DNA of 64,000 bases from Candidatus Latescibacterota bacterium. GTDB lineage: Bacteria > Latescibacterota > UBA2968 > GCA-2709665. The position numbers were made by a program, and so were the translations under genes. Below, in pieces: positions 20,143 to 31,700 of this stretch. The notes beneath the pieces were generated by a model. It worked only from the letters and a program-made list of their open reading frames with translations. It did not search any database and was not told the DNA's origin. Location: assembly GCA_965222075.1 (NCBI GenBank), contig OZ244937.1, forward strand, positions 1,216,001 through 1,280,000. Direction: 5' to 3'. Position 1 is the first letter of the stretch, and each line of letters opens with the position of its first letter.

Positions 20143-21051
20143 ATGCAAATCCAAATCTCAGGCCTCACCAAGGTTTATCACAAAGGCGCTCCGCCCGCGC
20201 TGGATTGTGTGGACCTGGAGATCCGGCACGGCACCTTCGGGCTGCTGGGCCCCAACGGCGCTGGAAAGACGACGCTGATCAAGGTCCTGTCGACCCAGAT
20301 GGTTCCCACCGAAGGTTGGGTGAGGATCGACGGCCGGGACCTTCAAAGCGACCGCGTAGAGGTCCGCAGCCGTCTGGGGTATCTGCCTCAGCATTTTGGG
20401 GCGTATCCCAAGCTTACAGGCTGGGAGTTTCTGGACTACATGGGGCGGCTTGCCGGGCTGCACGAAGGCCGGAAGCGCAGGGAACGGGTTGCCGAAGCGC
20501 TGCGCGACGTGGGGCTTTATGAGGATCGCAACCGCCGGGCCGGCACCTATTCGGGGGGGATGATGCGCCGGCTGGGCATTGCGCAGGCCATCCTTGCCGA
20601 ACCGGAATTTCTGATTGTGGACGAACCCACGGTGGGTCTCGACCCGGAGGAGCGGATCCGCTTCCGGTCTATTCTGGGCCGTCTCAGCCGGGACCGGGCC
20701 ATCCTGATCTCCACGCATATTGTCAGCGATATTTCCAGCACCTGTGAAGACCTGGCGGTGCTGAATGCGGGCCGGATCGTTTACCACGGCCCCCCTGAAG
20801 ACCTCGCACAGCAGGCAGAGGGGAAGACCTGGCACGTCCGGGTGGACGATGCCGGGTTTGAAGCCCTGACCAAACGGTTCTACGTGGTGACGATTGCCGT
20901 GGATGGAGACCGGATGGATCTCAGGATGGTGGGAGACGGCGATCCGCCTCCGGAGGCCGAACCGGTGGCGCCCAACCTGGAAGACGCGTATGTTTACTTT
21001 ATGCGGATGGAGACCGAAGGCGCAGAAGTAGGTAATACGAAACTGAGATGA
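20143..21051 (+). CDS. ABC-2 type exporter ATP-binding protein
   Basis: [23 protein letters not shown] and C-terminal PNLEDAY. Confidence 0.95.
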   Translation: MQIQISGLTKVYHKGAPPALDCVDLEIRHGTFGLLGPNGAGKTTLIKVLSTQMVPTEGWVRIDGRDLQSDRVEVRSRLGYLPQHFGAYPKLTGWEFLDYMGRLAGLHEGRKRRERVAEALRDVGLYEDRNRRAGTYSGGMMRRLGIAQAILAEPEFLIVDEPTVGLDPEERIRFRSILGRLSRDRAILISTHIVSDISSTCEDLAVLNAGRIVYHGPPEDLAQQAEGKTWHVRVDDAGFEALTKRFYVVTIAVDGDRMDLRMVGDGDPPPEAEPVAPNLEDAYVYFMRMETEGAEVGNTKLR

Positions 21052-24000
21052 ATGCCATCAAGAACATTCTGGGCGTGGCCCGATATGAACGGAAGATGCT
21101 CCTGCGGACCACCAAGTTCCGCATCCTGGGGGGCATCGGGGTCGCCATTCCGCTCCTTCAGGGCATCGGTATGGCGGTTGCGGAGGCCAATGGGGTCGAC
21201 CTGGGGTCGGGGCTGGACGCCTACATACCGTTCTACACCTACAGCTACCTCCAGGCGGTGGTGATTGCCTTTATTGTGGGAGATTTCCGGGCCGCAGACG
21301 AGCGAGCCTCGGTCTACGAGGTGGTGGCTGCCCGCCCGATTTCCACGGCCGAGTTGGTGATGGGGAAGTATCTGGGGGTGGTGGGGGCGCTCTTTACGCT
21401 GAGTCTGGGCGTGCTGCTGCTGGCGCTGGCGGTTCAGGCCGCCAAGATCAGCATTACCAAAACGCCCTTTACCCTCAAGCCCTACCTGATCTACCTGCTG
21501 CTGATGAACCTGCCCGCGCTGATCTATATGTCGGCGGTGACCTTCTTCCTGGGGGCTCTGCTGCGGCGGCAGACGGCGGTCACCCTCATCACCATTGCCT
21601 ATGGGCTGGCCGTACTCTTCTTCCTGGGGCGGCGCTACGGGGGCATCTACGATTTTGGGGCATTTTTCGCACCGCTCTTCTACTCGGACCTGCTGGGCCT
21701 GGGAGATGTCGAGCGCGTGATCGACCAGCGCTTTTTTTACCTGGCGCTGGCCCTCTGTTTCTTCGGGCTGTCCATCGAGCGTTACCCCCGGCTGCCGCAG
21801 TCGGCCGCCTGGACCTGGTTTGGTCGGGGGGTTGCGGTATTCGGGCTGGCTGCCGCCGCGGGGCTTTACGTTTATATGGACCGGCAGGACGTTGAGAGAG
21901 AGGCCTATCGGGCGGCCCTGTTTGAGGAGCAGACGCAGTATGCGCAGGCGTCCGCGCCGGAGGTGGTACACTACGACCTCCAGGTGGATCTGATGGCTGA
22001 TGGGACTCCGCTGCAGGCCCGGGCCCGGATGCAGTTGAAAAATGCTGGGGATGCGGCCCTGGATACGCTGGTTTTCAGTTTGAATCCGGGGTTGACGCTG
22101 CGTTCGGTTTACGGGCCGTCCGGAGCGGAGGTGGCCTGGAGACGGAAGGCCGCAGTCATCCGGGTCTCCCCGGGCGACCCGCTGGCCCCGGGGGGGGAAT
22201 ACCGGTTGACCTTTGTCTACGAAGGGGAGATCGACCGCGATGGGTTTGACCTGTTCCGGCAGCGCTCCCAAAGGCGGCTTCACAAGCGGCGGGCGGCGGG
22301 GCCGTTCGATACCAAAGGGGATCTGACGGCGTGGATCCGGAAGGACTCGGCCTTCCTGCCGCCCCGTAGCCGGTGGTATCCCGTGCCCGGCGTGGATTAT
22401 GGTCACACGGGAGACCGGCCCGTCTCTTTTGCCACGGCGGATATTGTTGTCTGGGCGCCCGCGGGGCTGGAGGTCGTGACGCAGGGAAGGCCCGCCGGGC
22501 GAAAGCGGGAGGGGGACCGGGAGCGGACGGCCTGGAAGGTGGAGCGGCCGGTGCCGTTTTTTTCGCTGAATGCCGGGACCTATGAGGTCTTCAAGGCCCA
22601 GGTCCATGGCCTGGAGATCGCGTTCTACCTGCACCCGGCGCACCGGAAGCAGGTCGTCTTTTTTGAAGATGCAAAAGAGGAGGTGCTGGAGGTCTTAGAC
22701 CAGATGCTGGATTCGATGGAGCAGGAGACCGGGCTGGCCTATCCCTATCCCAGGCTCTCCGTAGTGGAGGTGCCCTTTCAGGTGCAGTGGTATTACGAGG
22801 GCTGGCAGGAAAATGGAGGGCTGACGCAGCCGGGCGTGCTGATGGTGGAGGAAGACGTGCTGATGGGCCTGCGCCTGAGGCAGAGGCTGAAGCGGATGAG
22901 CAAGAGACAGCGCCGAAACGACGATCCGGCGCGGCTCAAGCGGGATCTGCTGGTGAGCGCGATTTTTCGGACCTTTTTCAGTCGAGAAAGCTCCCGAGAC
23001 GGGGTTTTCCGGAGCCCGGTCGCCCAGCTCTGGTCTTTTGACAAGGCCTTCCGGGGTGAGAATTTCTCCCTGCTGAAGCGGGGGCTGCCCCTTTATATGC
23101 AGGAGGACCTCAATACGGAGCTCCAGCAGGCCTTTTATACCAGCCGGCGCCGGCGGGGATTCTCAAGGTTTCGGCGCCCGCCGCGGACGGCGGGGACGTC
23201 GTGGGATACGCTGGTGGTGCGGATGCAGCAGCGGTCTTTTTCGGATGTCGATCCGGCCGAGGAGGCCGATCTGTATCGGGCGGTCCTGGACGCCAAGGGG
23301 CCGCCGCTGTTCCGGATGATCGAGGCGGTGGTGGGTGACGAGGATTTTCGAGAGGTCCTGAAGGGGTTCGAAGCGGACCATCGCTACGGCGAGGCCACCT
23401 TTGCCTCCTTCGAGAAGGCGGCCCTTTCCGATACGGCCAAAACCGGCGGCCGGACCAACCTGTCCCGGCTCCTCCACGACTGGCTCTATGACACCCACGT
23501 GCCGGGCTACACCCTGACCCGCGTGAAGGCCTACAAGGTGGACGACGATTTGGGTATGATGGTCTACCAGGTGGTCGTGCGCATCCGAAACGGGGAACCG
23601 GGGCGCGGATTCGTACAGATCCGGGTGATGGGCAGGGAGGATGAGGCGGTCAAGGGGGTGGAGATCGAAGGCGGCCAGGAGGTGGAGGTGGGCATGATCC
23701 TCTGGGACCGCCCGTTTCGGGTGATGGTCGAACCGTTTTTCGCCCGCAACCGGCGGCCCCTGGTTGCCCCGCTACGCATTCCGGAGCAGCCGATGGAGGG
23801 GGGCGCCAGGTCCTACGTCCGGGAGGTGACCGAAGAGGAGAGGACCATTTCGGAGATTATTGTGGACAACGACGACGAGGGGTTCTCCATGCCGATCCGC
23901 CGGGTGCAGCGCTACCTGCGGCCCGAACTGAAGGGCGACAACTGGAAAGAGGGCCAGTTCCCGTTCGCGTTTGGCCGTTACGAGACGACCTACCGCTGGA

Positions 24001-24413
24001 AGCGCCCCGGAGACGGGGCGCAGCCGGCCGTCTGGACGGCCCGGCTGCCCCATGGCGGCGACTACGATGTGGCTTTCTACACGATTCCCCGCTGGAAACG
24101 CCGGAAAGGGGCCACGTCCTTTACGCTGAGGGTGTCCCACAGCGGCAAGACGGATACACTGAAGCTCGAAACCGGCGCGACCAAAGGTGGGTGGCATACC
24201 CTGGGTCGGTTCCGGTTTGAGGCGGGAGAGGAGGCCCGCGTGGAGCTGTCGGACCTGGCCAACGGCAGGGTCTATGCCGACGCCGTGCGGTGGCGTTATG
24301 TGGACCCGGAGCATCCCGATGAGGTGTATGAGGAGGACGTTCCAACCTGGACGTTTGGCGGGCGTGGGCGGGGTGGGAGAGGGAGAGGTGGGAGAGGGTT
24401 CCGGAGGTTTTGA
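21048..24413 (+). CDS. ABC-2 permease fused to an M1-aminopeptidase-like extracytoplasmic domain and a golvesin/xanthan-lyase C-terminal-like domain
   Basis: N-terminal TM block (ARYERK, RPISTAELVMGKYLG); M1-like segments (VVHYDL, WYPVPG, YPYPRLSVVEVP) with no HEXXH seen; C-terminal IIVDNDD...GWHTLGRFRF...VYADAVRW; RGG-rich tail. Confidence 0.8.
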   Translation: MNAIKNILGVARYERKMLLRTTKFRILGGIGVAIPLLQGIGMAVAEANGVDLGSGLDAYIPFYTYSYLQAVVIAFIVGDFRAADERASVYEVVAARPISTAELVMGKYLGVVGALFTLSLGVLLLALAVQAAKISITKTPFTLKPYLIYLLLMNLPALIYMSAVTFFLGALLRRQTAVTLITIAYGLAVLFFLGRRYGGIYDFGAFFAPLFYSDLLGLGDVERVIDQRFFYLALALCFFGLSIERYPRLPQSAAWTWFGRGVAVFGLAAAAGLYVYMDRQDVEREAYRAALFEEQTQYAQASAPEVVHYDLQVDLMADGTPLQARARMQLKNAGDAALDTLVFSLNPGLTLRSVYGPSGAEVAWRRKAAVIRVSPGDPLAPGGEYRLTFVYEGEIDRDGFDLFRQRSQRRLHKRRAAGPFDTKGDLTAWIRKDSAFLPPRSRWYPVPGVDYGHTGDRPVSFATADIVVWAPAGLEVVTQGRPAGRKREGDRERTAWKVERPVPFFSLNAGTYEVFKAQVHGLEIAFYLHPAHRKQVVFFEDAKEEVLEVLDQMLDSMEQETGLAYPYPRLSVVEVPFQVQWYYEGWQENGGLTQPGVLMVEEDVLMGLRLRQRLKRMSKRQRRNDDPARLKRDLLVSAIFRTFFSRESSRDGVFRSPVAQLWSFDKAFRGENFSLLKRGLPLYMQEDLNTELQQAFYTSRRRRGFSRFRRPPRTAGTSWDTLVVRMQQRSFSDVDPAEEADLYRAVLDAKGPPLFRMIEAVVGDEDFREVLKGFEADHRYGEATFASFEKAALSDTAKTGGRTNLSRLLHDWLYDTHVPGYTLTRVKAYKVDDDLGMMVYQVVVRIRNGEPGRGFVQIRVMGREDEAVKGVEIEGGQEVEVGMILWDRPFRVMVEPFFARNRRPLVAPLRIPEQPMEGGARSYVREVTEEERTISEIIVDNDDEGFSMPIRRVQRYLRPELKGDNWKEGQFPFAFGRYETTYRWKRPGDGAQPAVWTARLPHGGDYDVAFYTIPRWKRRKGATSFTLRVSHSGKTDTLKLETGATKGGWHTLGRFRFEAGEEARVELSDLANGRVYADAVRWRYVDPEHPDEVYEEDVPTWTFGGRGRGGRGRGGRGFRRF

Positions 24414-24497
24414 TGGGCTTTGCCCGACAAGCTGAGGACATTAACTTTCAGTAATCGTTGCAACATATTCTACAACAATAAATTAAAGGGGTCAAGA

Positions 24498-25571
24498 TTG
24501 GGCATTCGATGGGTCGGATATCCGGGCGTCTTTCTCGTGCTGCTGGCCGGTTGCAGCCGCCAGACGGAACAGCGGTCTGTGGACCTCACGGTTCCGGTGA
24601 CGGTGCAAACGGTTGAACTGGGGGCTATGGAATCTACGGTTACGGCCACCGGCACGCTGCGGTCTGTGCGGGAGGCGCAGCTGATCACGGAGGTAGAGGG
24701 CATTTTTCACCTGGTGACGACCGATGGGGGGAGGAAGCCTGCCGAAGGGATGCGGGTTTCTCAAGGGCAGATGATTGCCAGGCTGAAAAACGAGGAACAC
24801 GTGGTGGGGGCCCGGCTGGAATCGCGGAAGCTGGCGCGGGAGACTGCGGGCAAGACGTTGAAGGAGCAGGAGATCCTCTTCAAGCGGGGACTGGTCACGG
24901 AAAAAGAGGTCGAAGATGCCCGTCGGGAATCCGCTGATGCCGAGTCAAACCATCAGGATGCCCTTATCCAGATCGAAAAGACCCGGATCCGGGCACCGAT
25001 TTCCGGGTTTTTGACCGGGGTAACCGACGCCACAGAGGGCACCCTGATTGGTCAGGCAACGCTGATCGGCAAGGTGATGGACTACGGCGAGGTGGTGGTG
25101 GATCTGAAGATCCCGAATGCCTATATTGCCGCCATCGCTCTGGGGCAGGTGGTTCGGGTGGAGAACTATGCTTTTGCGGGTCGGGTATTTGCCGGCCGAA
25201 TCACGGCCGTGGATCCGGCGCTGGATCCCACCACCCGCACCTTCCGGGCCAAGGCAACAGTCCGGAATCCCGGTCTCCTCCTCCGGCCCGGGATGTTTGT
25301 CAAGGCCCGGATTGTGACGGATTCCCACGAGGACGTGGTGGTGATTCCCCGCCGGTTCGTGCTCAACCGCCAGAATCAAAAGGTCGTGTTTATCGAAGAA
25401 AGCGGCCGCGCCCAGATGCGACAGGTCAAGACCGGGTTGGAAGACAAAGAGAATATCGAGGTCCTGGACGGACTCGAAGCGGGCGAACGCCTGATTACAA
25501 GCAACTATGAGACCCTCCGCCGCCGCACGCGGGTGCGTGTAACAGGAGAAGGCGTGCCTGGAGGGAATTGA
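24498..25571 (+). CDS. RND periplasmic adaptor (membrane fusion protein), lipoprotein
   Basis: Lipobox LLAGC; IRAPISG, DPTTRTF, LRPGMF and GLEAGE motifs. TTG start at 24498 preferred after AAAGGGG (track start 24420). Confidence 0.9.
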   Translation: MGIRWVGYPGVFLVLLAGCSRQTEQRSVDLTVPVTVQTVELGAMESTVTATGTLRSVREAQLITEVEGIFHLVTTDGGRKPAEGMRVSQGQMIARLKNEEHVVGARLESRKLARETAGKTLKEQEILFKRGLVTEKEVEDARRESADAESNHQDALIQIEKTRIRAPISGFLTGVTDATEGTLIGQATLIGKVMDYGEVVVDLKIPNAYIAAIALGQVVRVENYAFAGRVFAGRITAVDPALDPTTRTFRAKATVRNPGLLLRPGMFVKARIVTDSHEDVVVIPRRFVLNRQNQKVVFIEESGRAQMRQVKTGLEDKENIEVLDGLEAGERLITSNYETLRRRTRVRVTGEGVPGGN

Positions 25572-25621
25572 AAGCCTTTAAATCCGCATTCCCAAGCTCC
25601 TTAAAAAAATCCTTACCTTAT

Positions 25622-28600
25622 ATGTCCCTTCCTGAATTCTCTACTCGATATCCGGTTACCATTGCGATGGCCACCCTGGCGGTTGTGCTGCTGGGGTGGA
25701 TTTCGCTGGAGCGGCTGGGGGTGGACCTGCTGCCGGATCTGCAGACGCCGGTGGTGACGGTAGACCTGCGGGCGCCGGGGAAGTCGCCGCGCGAGATGGA
25801 GGAGCGGTATGCCCGCCGCCTGGAGGGGGATATCAGCACGGTGCGCAAAGTCAAGCGGGTGCATTCTGTCTCGAGGGCCGGGCAGGCGGTGGTGGTGGCG
25901 GAGTTTTCCTGGGATGCGGATATGGACTTCGCCCTGTTGGACGTGCAGAAGAAGGTGGGGCGCTATGCTGCGGACACGGAGGTGACCACGCTGGACGTCA
26001 CGCGGGAAGACCCCCAGGCCCTCCCGGTGATGCGGGTGGCGGTCACCTCGGGGGAAAGGGTGGATCTGGATGCGCTGGTGGGGACGGTGGAGACGGTGGT
26101 CAAGCCCAGGCTGGAGGGGCTGGATGGGGTGGCTTCAGCAGAGATCGAGGGCGGGGCGGAGAAGGAGGTCCGGATTATCCTGGATGCTTATTTGCTGGAG
26201 GCCTACGGACTGACGCCGCAGACGATTGTGAACCGCGTGCAGTCGGCCAATGCGGATGTCTCGGGCGGCACCCTCAAAGACGGCCAGCGCGCCTACCTGG
26301 TCAAAGGGATGGGGCGGCTGGTGGATATAGAGAGCATCCGAAACCTGGTGGTGGGTGAGCGGCGGGGGATGGATGCCAGCGGCCAGCCGGACCCCGGTGC
26401 GCCAAGGGTGCCGGTGAGCGTGGGCGATGTGGGGCGGGTGGACCTCCGGTTTGAGGAGCGGGAGACGATGGTGCGGCTAAACGGCCCCGAGTGCGTGGGG
26501 CTGGCCGTTTACCGGGAGGCCGGTGCGAATACGGTATCCGTGGTGAGGTCCGTGTTCGAGATGCTGAGGGAACTGGAGCGTGACCTGCCTGATACCCGAT
26601 TTATTGTGGTGGAAAACCAGGCCCGGTTCGTGGAGCAGGCCGTGGGAGAGGTAGAAGCGTCGGCAATCTACGGCGCCCTGCTGGCCGTGGGGGTGCTCCT
26701 GCTGGCCCTGCGCAACTGGACGGCGACGCTGGTGATCGGCCTGGCCATTCCGATTTCCGTGCTGGCCACGTTCACGCTGATGTATTTTCAGGGGCTGACC
26801 TTAAACGTGATGACGCTTGGGGGGCTGGCCCTGGGCGCTGGCATGCTGGTGGACAACGCGATTGTGGTGATCGAAAATATCTACCGCCACCTGGAACTGG
26901 GCGAGGATGCGCGCACCGCGTCCGCCCGGGGCGCCGGGGAGGTGGGGGTGGCTATTCTGGCGTCCACGATGACCACGGTGTCTGTGTTTTTGCCCATTGT
27001 CTACCTGCACGGGCTGGCCGGCGAGCTCTTCAAGGAACAGGCCTGGACCGTGGCGTTCTCGCTCATCTCCTCGCTGGGCGTGGCCATGGCCACAGTGCCC
27101 ATGCTCACCTCCCGCGTGCTGCGCCGGGCGCCGGTGGGTGGGGCGGGCATCCGGTCTGAACGGTTCCAGGGTTTCCTGGAACGCGCCTTGAACCGGAAGG
27201 TCATCGTTGTGCTGGTGACCCTGGGGGCGCTGGGGACCGCGGCCTACCTGAGCCGGTCGATTCACACCGAGTTTATCCCCCGGGAAGACCAGGGGATTTT
27301 TCAGGTGGACCTGGCGCTGCCGGAGGGCACCCGGCTGGAGGCGACAGACCGGGTTGCGCTGCGGGCTGCGGCGATTGTCGAGGAGGTCTGCGATCCCGAT
27401 GCGGAGCATATCTACCTGAGGGTCGGCGTCGATCCGGCCAGGCTCACCAGCGCCGGGCAACCGACCGGCCCCAACAGGGCCACGATCTCGGTTGTCCTGG
27501 CCCAGGGTGCACAGCGGCGCACGGCTGCAGAGCTGGTGGCCATACTGGATACGCCCCTGCGCGAGATTCCTGAGCTTAAGGTGAACTACCAGCTTCATGA
27601 TACTGCACTGGAAGGGGTTATGGGAGGCAGCGAAGCGCCTGTCCAGGTGGAGGTCACCGGGGAGAATCTGGACCTGCTCCGGGATCTGACGGCGGATTTG
27701 AAGGCCCGGATCGAAGCCCTGCCGGCGGTTTACAACGTGAGGACGAGCTTTCAGGACGGACAGCCGGAGATTGACCTGGTCCTGCGCGACGATGTTGCAG
27801 CGGCGTTCGGGCTTACGGCCCAGTCAATTGTCCAGGATCTGGAGCGGAGGCTTTCTGGTGAAGTGGCCGGCGAACTGTCCAAGGACCAGCGGGAGCGGAC
27901 CATCCGGGTGGGGTTTGAGGATGTGGACCTGCGTGAATTGGAGGGCATCCGGGTTGACGGCGTAGACGGGGCCCTGCTCACGCTGGGGGATATTGCAAAG
28001 CTGCAGATCGTGGAGGGCCCCAGGGAGATTCTCAGAAATGGACAGCGCCGGGTGGGGCATATTACCGGCTACCTGGCCGAAGGCGCGGTTTTAAGCGAGG
28101 CCATCGATCAGATCGGCCTGGTGATCCGGAATACGGCGCTTCCCTACGGGTATCGGGTGGCCATTGGGGGGGAAGAGCGGGAGCGGGCCGAGTCGTTCGG
28201 CAGCCTGAAGTTTGCTCTGCTGCTGTCCGTGGTGCTGGTTTACATGGTGATGGCCTCGCTCTTTGAGTCCCTGCTGCACCCCTTTACGGTGATGTTCACA
28301 GTGCCCTTAGCGGGCATCGGGGTGGTCCTGGCGTTCTGGGGGCTGGAAGAGCCCTTCAGCGTGATGGCCTATATCGGCATGATTATGCTGGGCGGCATTG
28401 CGGTGAACGATGCCATTATCCTGGTGGACCGGATCAACCAGCTGCGGCAGGGGGGCGGAGCGCTCCGGGTGGCGGTTCTGCAGGCCACACAGGACCGGCT
28501 GCGTCCCATCCTGATGACCAGCATGACCACCATTCTGGCCCTGATGCCGATGGCTTTCGGGGTGGGAGAAGGGGCCCGGCTGCGGGCGCCGATGGCGATT

Positions 28601-28729
28601 GCAGTGATCGGAGGGCTGGTGACTTCCACCCTGATGACCCTGATCGTGATCCCGGTGGTCTATGAGACGATCGACCGCCTGCGCCTGCCTGTGCGTCGCA
28701 CGCAGACAGGCAGGAGGCCATCCGGATGA
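25622..28729 (+). CDS. RND (AcrB-family) permease 1
   Basis: RYPVT, GMLVDNAIVVIENI, FESLLHP, GIAVNDAI, RLRPILMT and PMAIAVIGGL motifs. Confidence 0.95.
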   Translation: MSLPEFSTRYPVTIAMATLAVVLLGWISLERLGVDLLPDLQTPVVTVDLRAPGKSPREMEERYARRLEGDISTVRKVKRVHSVSRAGQAVVVAEFSWDADMDFALLDVQKKVGRYAADTEVTTLDVTREDPQALPVMRVAVTSGERVDLDALVGTVETVVKPRLEGLDGVASAEIEGGAEKEVRIILDAYLLEAYGLTPQTIVNRVQSANADVSGGTLKDGQRAYLVKGMGRLVDIESIRNLVVGERRGMDASGQPDPGAPRVPVSVGDVGRVDLRFEERETMVRLNGPECVGLAVYREAGANTVSVVRSVFEMLRELERDLPDTRFIVVENQARFVEQAVGEVEASAIYGALLAVGVLLLALRNWTATLVIGLAIPISVLATFTLMYFQGLTLNVMTLGGLALGAGMLVDNAIVVIENIYRHLELGEDARTASARGAGEVGVAILASTMTTVSVFLPIVYLHGLAGELFKEQAWTVAFSLISSLGVAMATVPMLTSRVLRRAPVGGAGIRSERFQGFLERALNRKVIVVLVTLGALGTAAYLSRSIHTEFIPREDQGIFQVDLALPEGTRLEATDRVALRAAAIVEEVCDPDAEHIYLRVGVDPARLTSAGQPTGPNRATISVVLAQGAQRRTAAELVAILDTPLREIPELKVNYQLHDTALEGVMGGSEAPVQVEVTGENLDLLRDLTADLKARIEALPAVYNVRTSFQDGQPEIDLVLRDDVAAAFGLTAQSIVQDLERRLSGEVAGELSKDQRERTIRVGFEDVDLRELEGIRVDGVDGALLTLGDIAKLQIVEGPREILRNGQRRVGHITGYLAEGAVLSEAIDQIGLVIRNTALPYGYRVAIGGEERERAESFGSLKFALLLSVVLVYMVMASLFESLLHPFTVMFTVPLAGIGVVLAFWGLEEPFSVMAYIGMIMLGGIAVNDAIILVDRINQLRQGGGALRVAVLQATQDRLRPILMTSMTTILALMPMAFGVGEGARLRAPMAIAVIGGLVTSTLMTLIVIPVVYETIDRLRLPVRRTQTGRRPSG
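28684..28710. repeat. CCTGCCTG...CAGACAGG palindromic insertion, copy 4 (27 bp, in frame)
   Basis: cctgcctgtgcgtcgcacgcagacagg adds LPVRRTQTG near the C-terminus of RND1; removal gives CTG CGC AGG AGG CCA TCC GGA TGA. Confidence 0.75.
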
Positions 28730-31700
28730 CCCTTTCCCATGTGGCCGTGCGCAGGCCGGTGACCACGGCCATGTTCTTTACCGCCCTGGCCCTTCTGGGG
28801 ATGATTTCCTGGACCAGGCTGCCCGTGCAGCTCTTTCCGGAGGTCATCTACCCGATGGTCCACGTGAGCCTGACCCTGCCGGGGGCCTCGCCCGAGCAGA
28901 TCGAACGGGATCTGCTGGTGCCCACCGAGGGGGAGATCGGGAAATTAGAGGGTATCCAGGATATCGATTCTTTCGCCCTGACCAATTCCGGGGGCATCCA
29001 GGTGTCGTACGATCCGGATGTGGATATGAAGTTTGCGATCCTGCAGCTGGAAAGCCGGATCAGCCAGCTCCAGCCCCTCTACCCGGAACGCGCCCGGGCG
29101 AGGGTGCAGCGGTTCGATTCCTCCGATCTGAGTTCGTCCGTTATGCAGCTTCACGTGCTGGGGGAAGGGGACCTGAACTGGCTGCGGGACTTTACGGAGG
29201 AGAAGGTCCGGCCCGAACTGGAGGCCGTGGACGGGGTGGTCAACGCCGCGGTGATGGGAGGGCGCCGCCGTGCTGTGGAGGTGATTGTGGACCCCACCCT
29301 CTGCCAGGCCTATCAGGTGACAATGGGCCAGATCCGGTCTCGAATCAATGGGTTTAACCGGCGGCGGGAGTACGTGGGCCGGGTTTACGACGGAGCGCAG
29401 GCCTACGCGGTGAGTCTGCAGGGGCAGTTTACCGACCTGCAGCAGATCCGGAACCTGGTGCTCAAGCCGGAGATCCCGTTGCGGCTGGGGGATGTGGCGG
29501 TGGTGCGCTATGGCCTCCAGGAGCAGACCGACCGGCACCGGGTCAACGGGAAGTCTTCGGTAGGTATCCGCATCCAGAAGGACGATGAGGCCAACCTGAT
29601 CGCCGTTTCCCGGGATGTGGAGGCTGTGGTGGCGCGCCTCAACCTGGAGTTTGCCGATGAGGGGGTCGAGCTGGGGGTCAGTTCCAGCCAGGCGGAATTG
29701 ATGGAGGAGGCCCTGTCCACGCTGAAGCAGGCGGCCGTGGTGGGGGGAGGGCTGGGGCTGTTTGTGCTTTTCCTTTTCCTGCGCAATTTCCGGTTCGTAT
29801 CGGTCCTGCTGCTGGCCATTCCGGTCTCCCTGCTGGTGACCTTTAATCTGATGTACGCCTGGGGCCTCTCCATCAACGTGCTGTCTCTCTGCGGCCTGGC
29901 ATTGGCCGTGGGGATGCTGACGGACAACGGGATTGTGGTGATGGAGAGCATCTTCAAGCACTACGAGCGGGGAAAGTCCCCCATGGACGCCGCCCGGGAC
30001 GGCACCACAGAGGTGGGGCGGGCCGTGGTGGCCGCCACGGCGACCACGGTGACGGTCTTCCTGCCGGTCGTGTTTATCCAAAGCGATGCCCAGGATATCC
30101 TCCGTGAACTGGCCCTCTCGATGACCTTTCCCCTGCTGGTCTCGCTGCTGGTCGCCCTTACCCTGGTGCCTACCCTGGCCGCCCGGACGCTTTCCAGACA
30201 GACCCGCCGCCCGGCCGGAACCGGGCGTTTGATGGAGCGATACACCCTTCTGCTGAAAGCTTGCCTCAGACACCGGGTGGCGGTGGTGGTGGGCGTGTGC
30301 GCTGCCATGGGGGGTACGCTGATCGTTTCCTTCTTTTTTATGCTCCAGCAGGAGGTCCGGGAAGAAGAGACCCGGTTTACGGTCTATATCGACCTCCCCG
30401 AAGGGACCACGCTGGATGCAACCGACGAGGTGGTCAAACAGGTGGAGACGGCCGTTGGGGAGATCGAAGGGCTGGACCGGTTCACAACCAGCGTGCAGGA
30501 GTCGGAGGCCAGCATTACGGTGATGCTTCACCATCGCCTGGAGCGTCCCGGGGAGATTTCACTTGAGGAGATCAAGCAGCAGTTAGAGGAAAAGACGCAG
30601 AATATCCAGGGGGGCGTAATCGGCTACGAACCCAAACCCAGGGCCAGGCGGGGAGGCGGGAGGGGAGGCATCGGCAGGCGCCGCCGGTCGGGCGGTTTTA
30701 ACCTGACGGGGAGCGCGCCGTCGGAACAGGCCGTGGTGCGGGGGTACGATTTTATCACCCTGCAGATGGTTGCCGACGATCTGGTCTTCCGCCTGCAGGA
30801 GCTTGAGGAGATTGACGAAAACAGCGTGCGTGCGGACGCCGAGCGGGGCGCGCCCGAGATCCAGGTGATCCCCGACGATGCGCGGATGTTCGACCGCCGA
30901 CTGGAGATCGAAGCTGTTCTGGCGGGCGTGGGGGATGCCCGGCCGGACGGGTTTCAGACTACGGTGCCTTTTTTGTGGCCCGATGCAACGGAGGTGCCGA
31001 TCGAGGTCCGGAATACGGAAGACCCGCAGAACGCGTCGATCACCTTAGCCGAATTCAGACAAATGCCGCTTCCCACCCAGACGGGGGACTTTGTTCCCTT
31101 AGAAGAGGTGGCCCGGGTGCGCACGGATGAAGGCAGGGGCAGTGTGCTGCGCACCGACCAGTCCCGGCGCGTGATGGTTTCCTACCGGTTTACCGGAGAA
31201 ATCCTGGACTCACAGCCCCGCTTGGATCAGGCCAGGCGGTTGGTCCGGACGCTGGTGTCGGACATGGTGCTGCCCCAAAGCTATACGGTCGAGATTGAAG
31301 AGGCGGAGGCGGATACGATCTACTACTGGATGATGGGCGTGGCGGGGGTGCTGATCTATATGATCCTGGCTTCCCTGTTTGAGTCTTTCTCTTCCCCGCT
31401 GATCATCCTCTGTACGCTGCCTTCTGCGGTGATCGGATCCTGCTGGGCGCTGATCCTCTCCCAGACCGGTCTGAGCCAGCAGGAGGGGCCGATGGCCCTG
31501 CTGGGATTCATCGTGCTGATCGGTATTGCCGTCAACAACGGGATTCTTCTGATCGATGCGGTCGGCACCCTTCGGAGCCGGGACGGGTACCGCCGGGAGC
31601 GGGCCGTGCTTGAGGCCGGGCGATCCCGCGTGCGGCCGATTCTGATGACCTCGGCCACCACGCTTTTGGGCGTTATGCCCCTGGCGTTGAAGTTCGGGGG

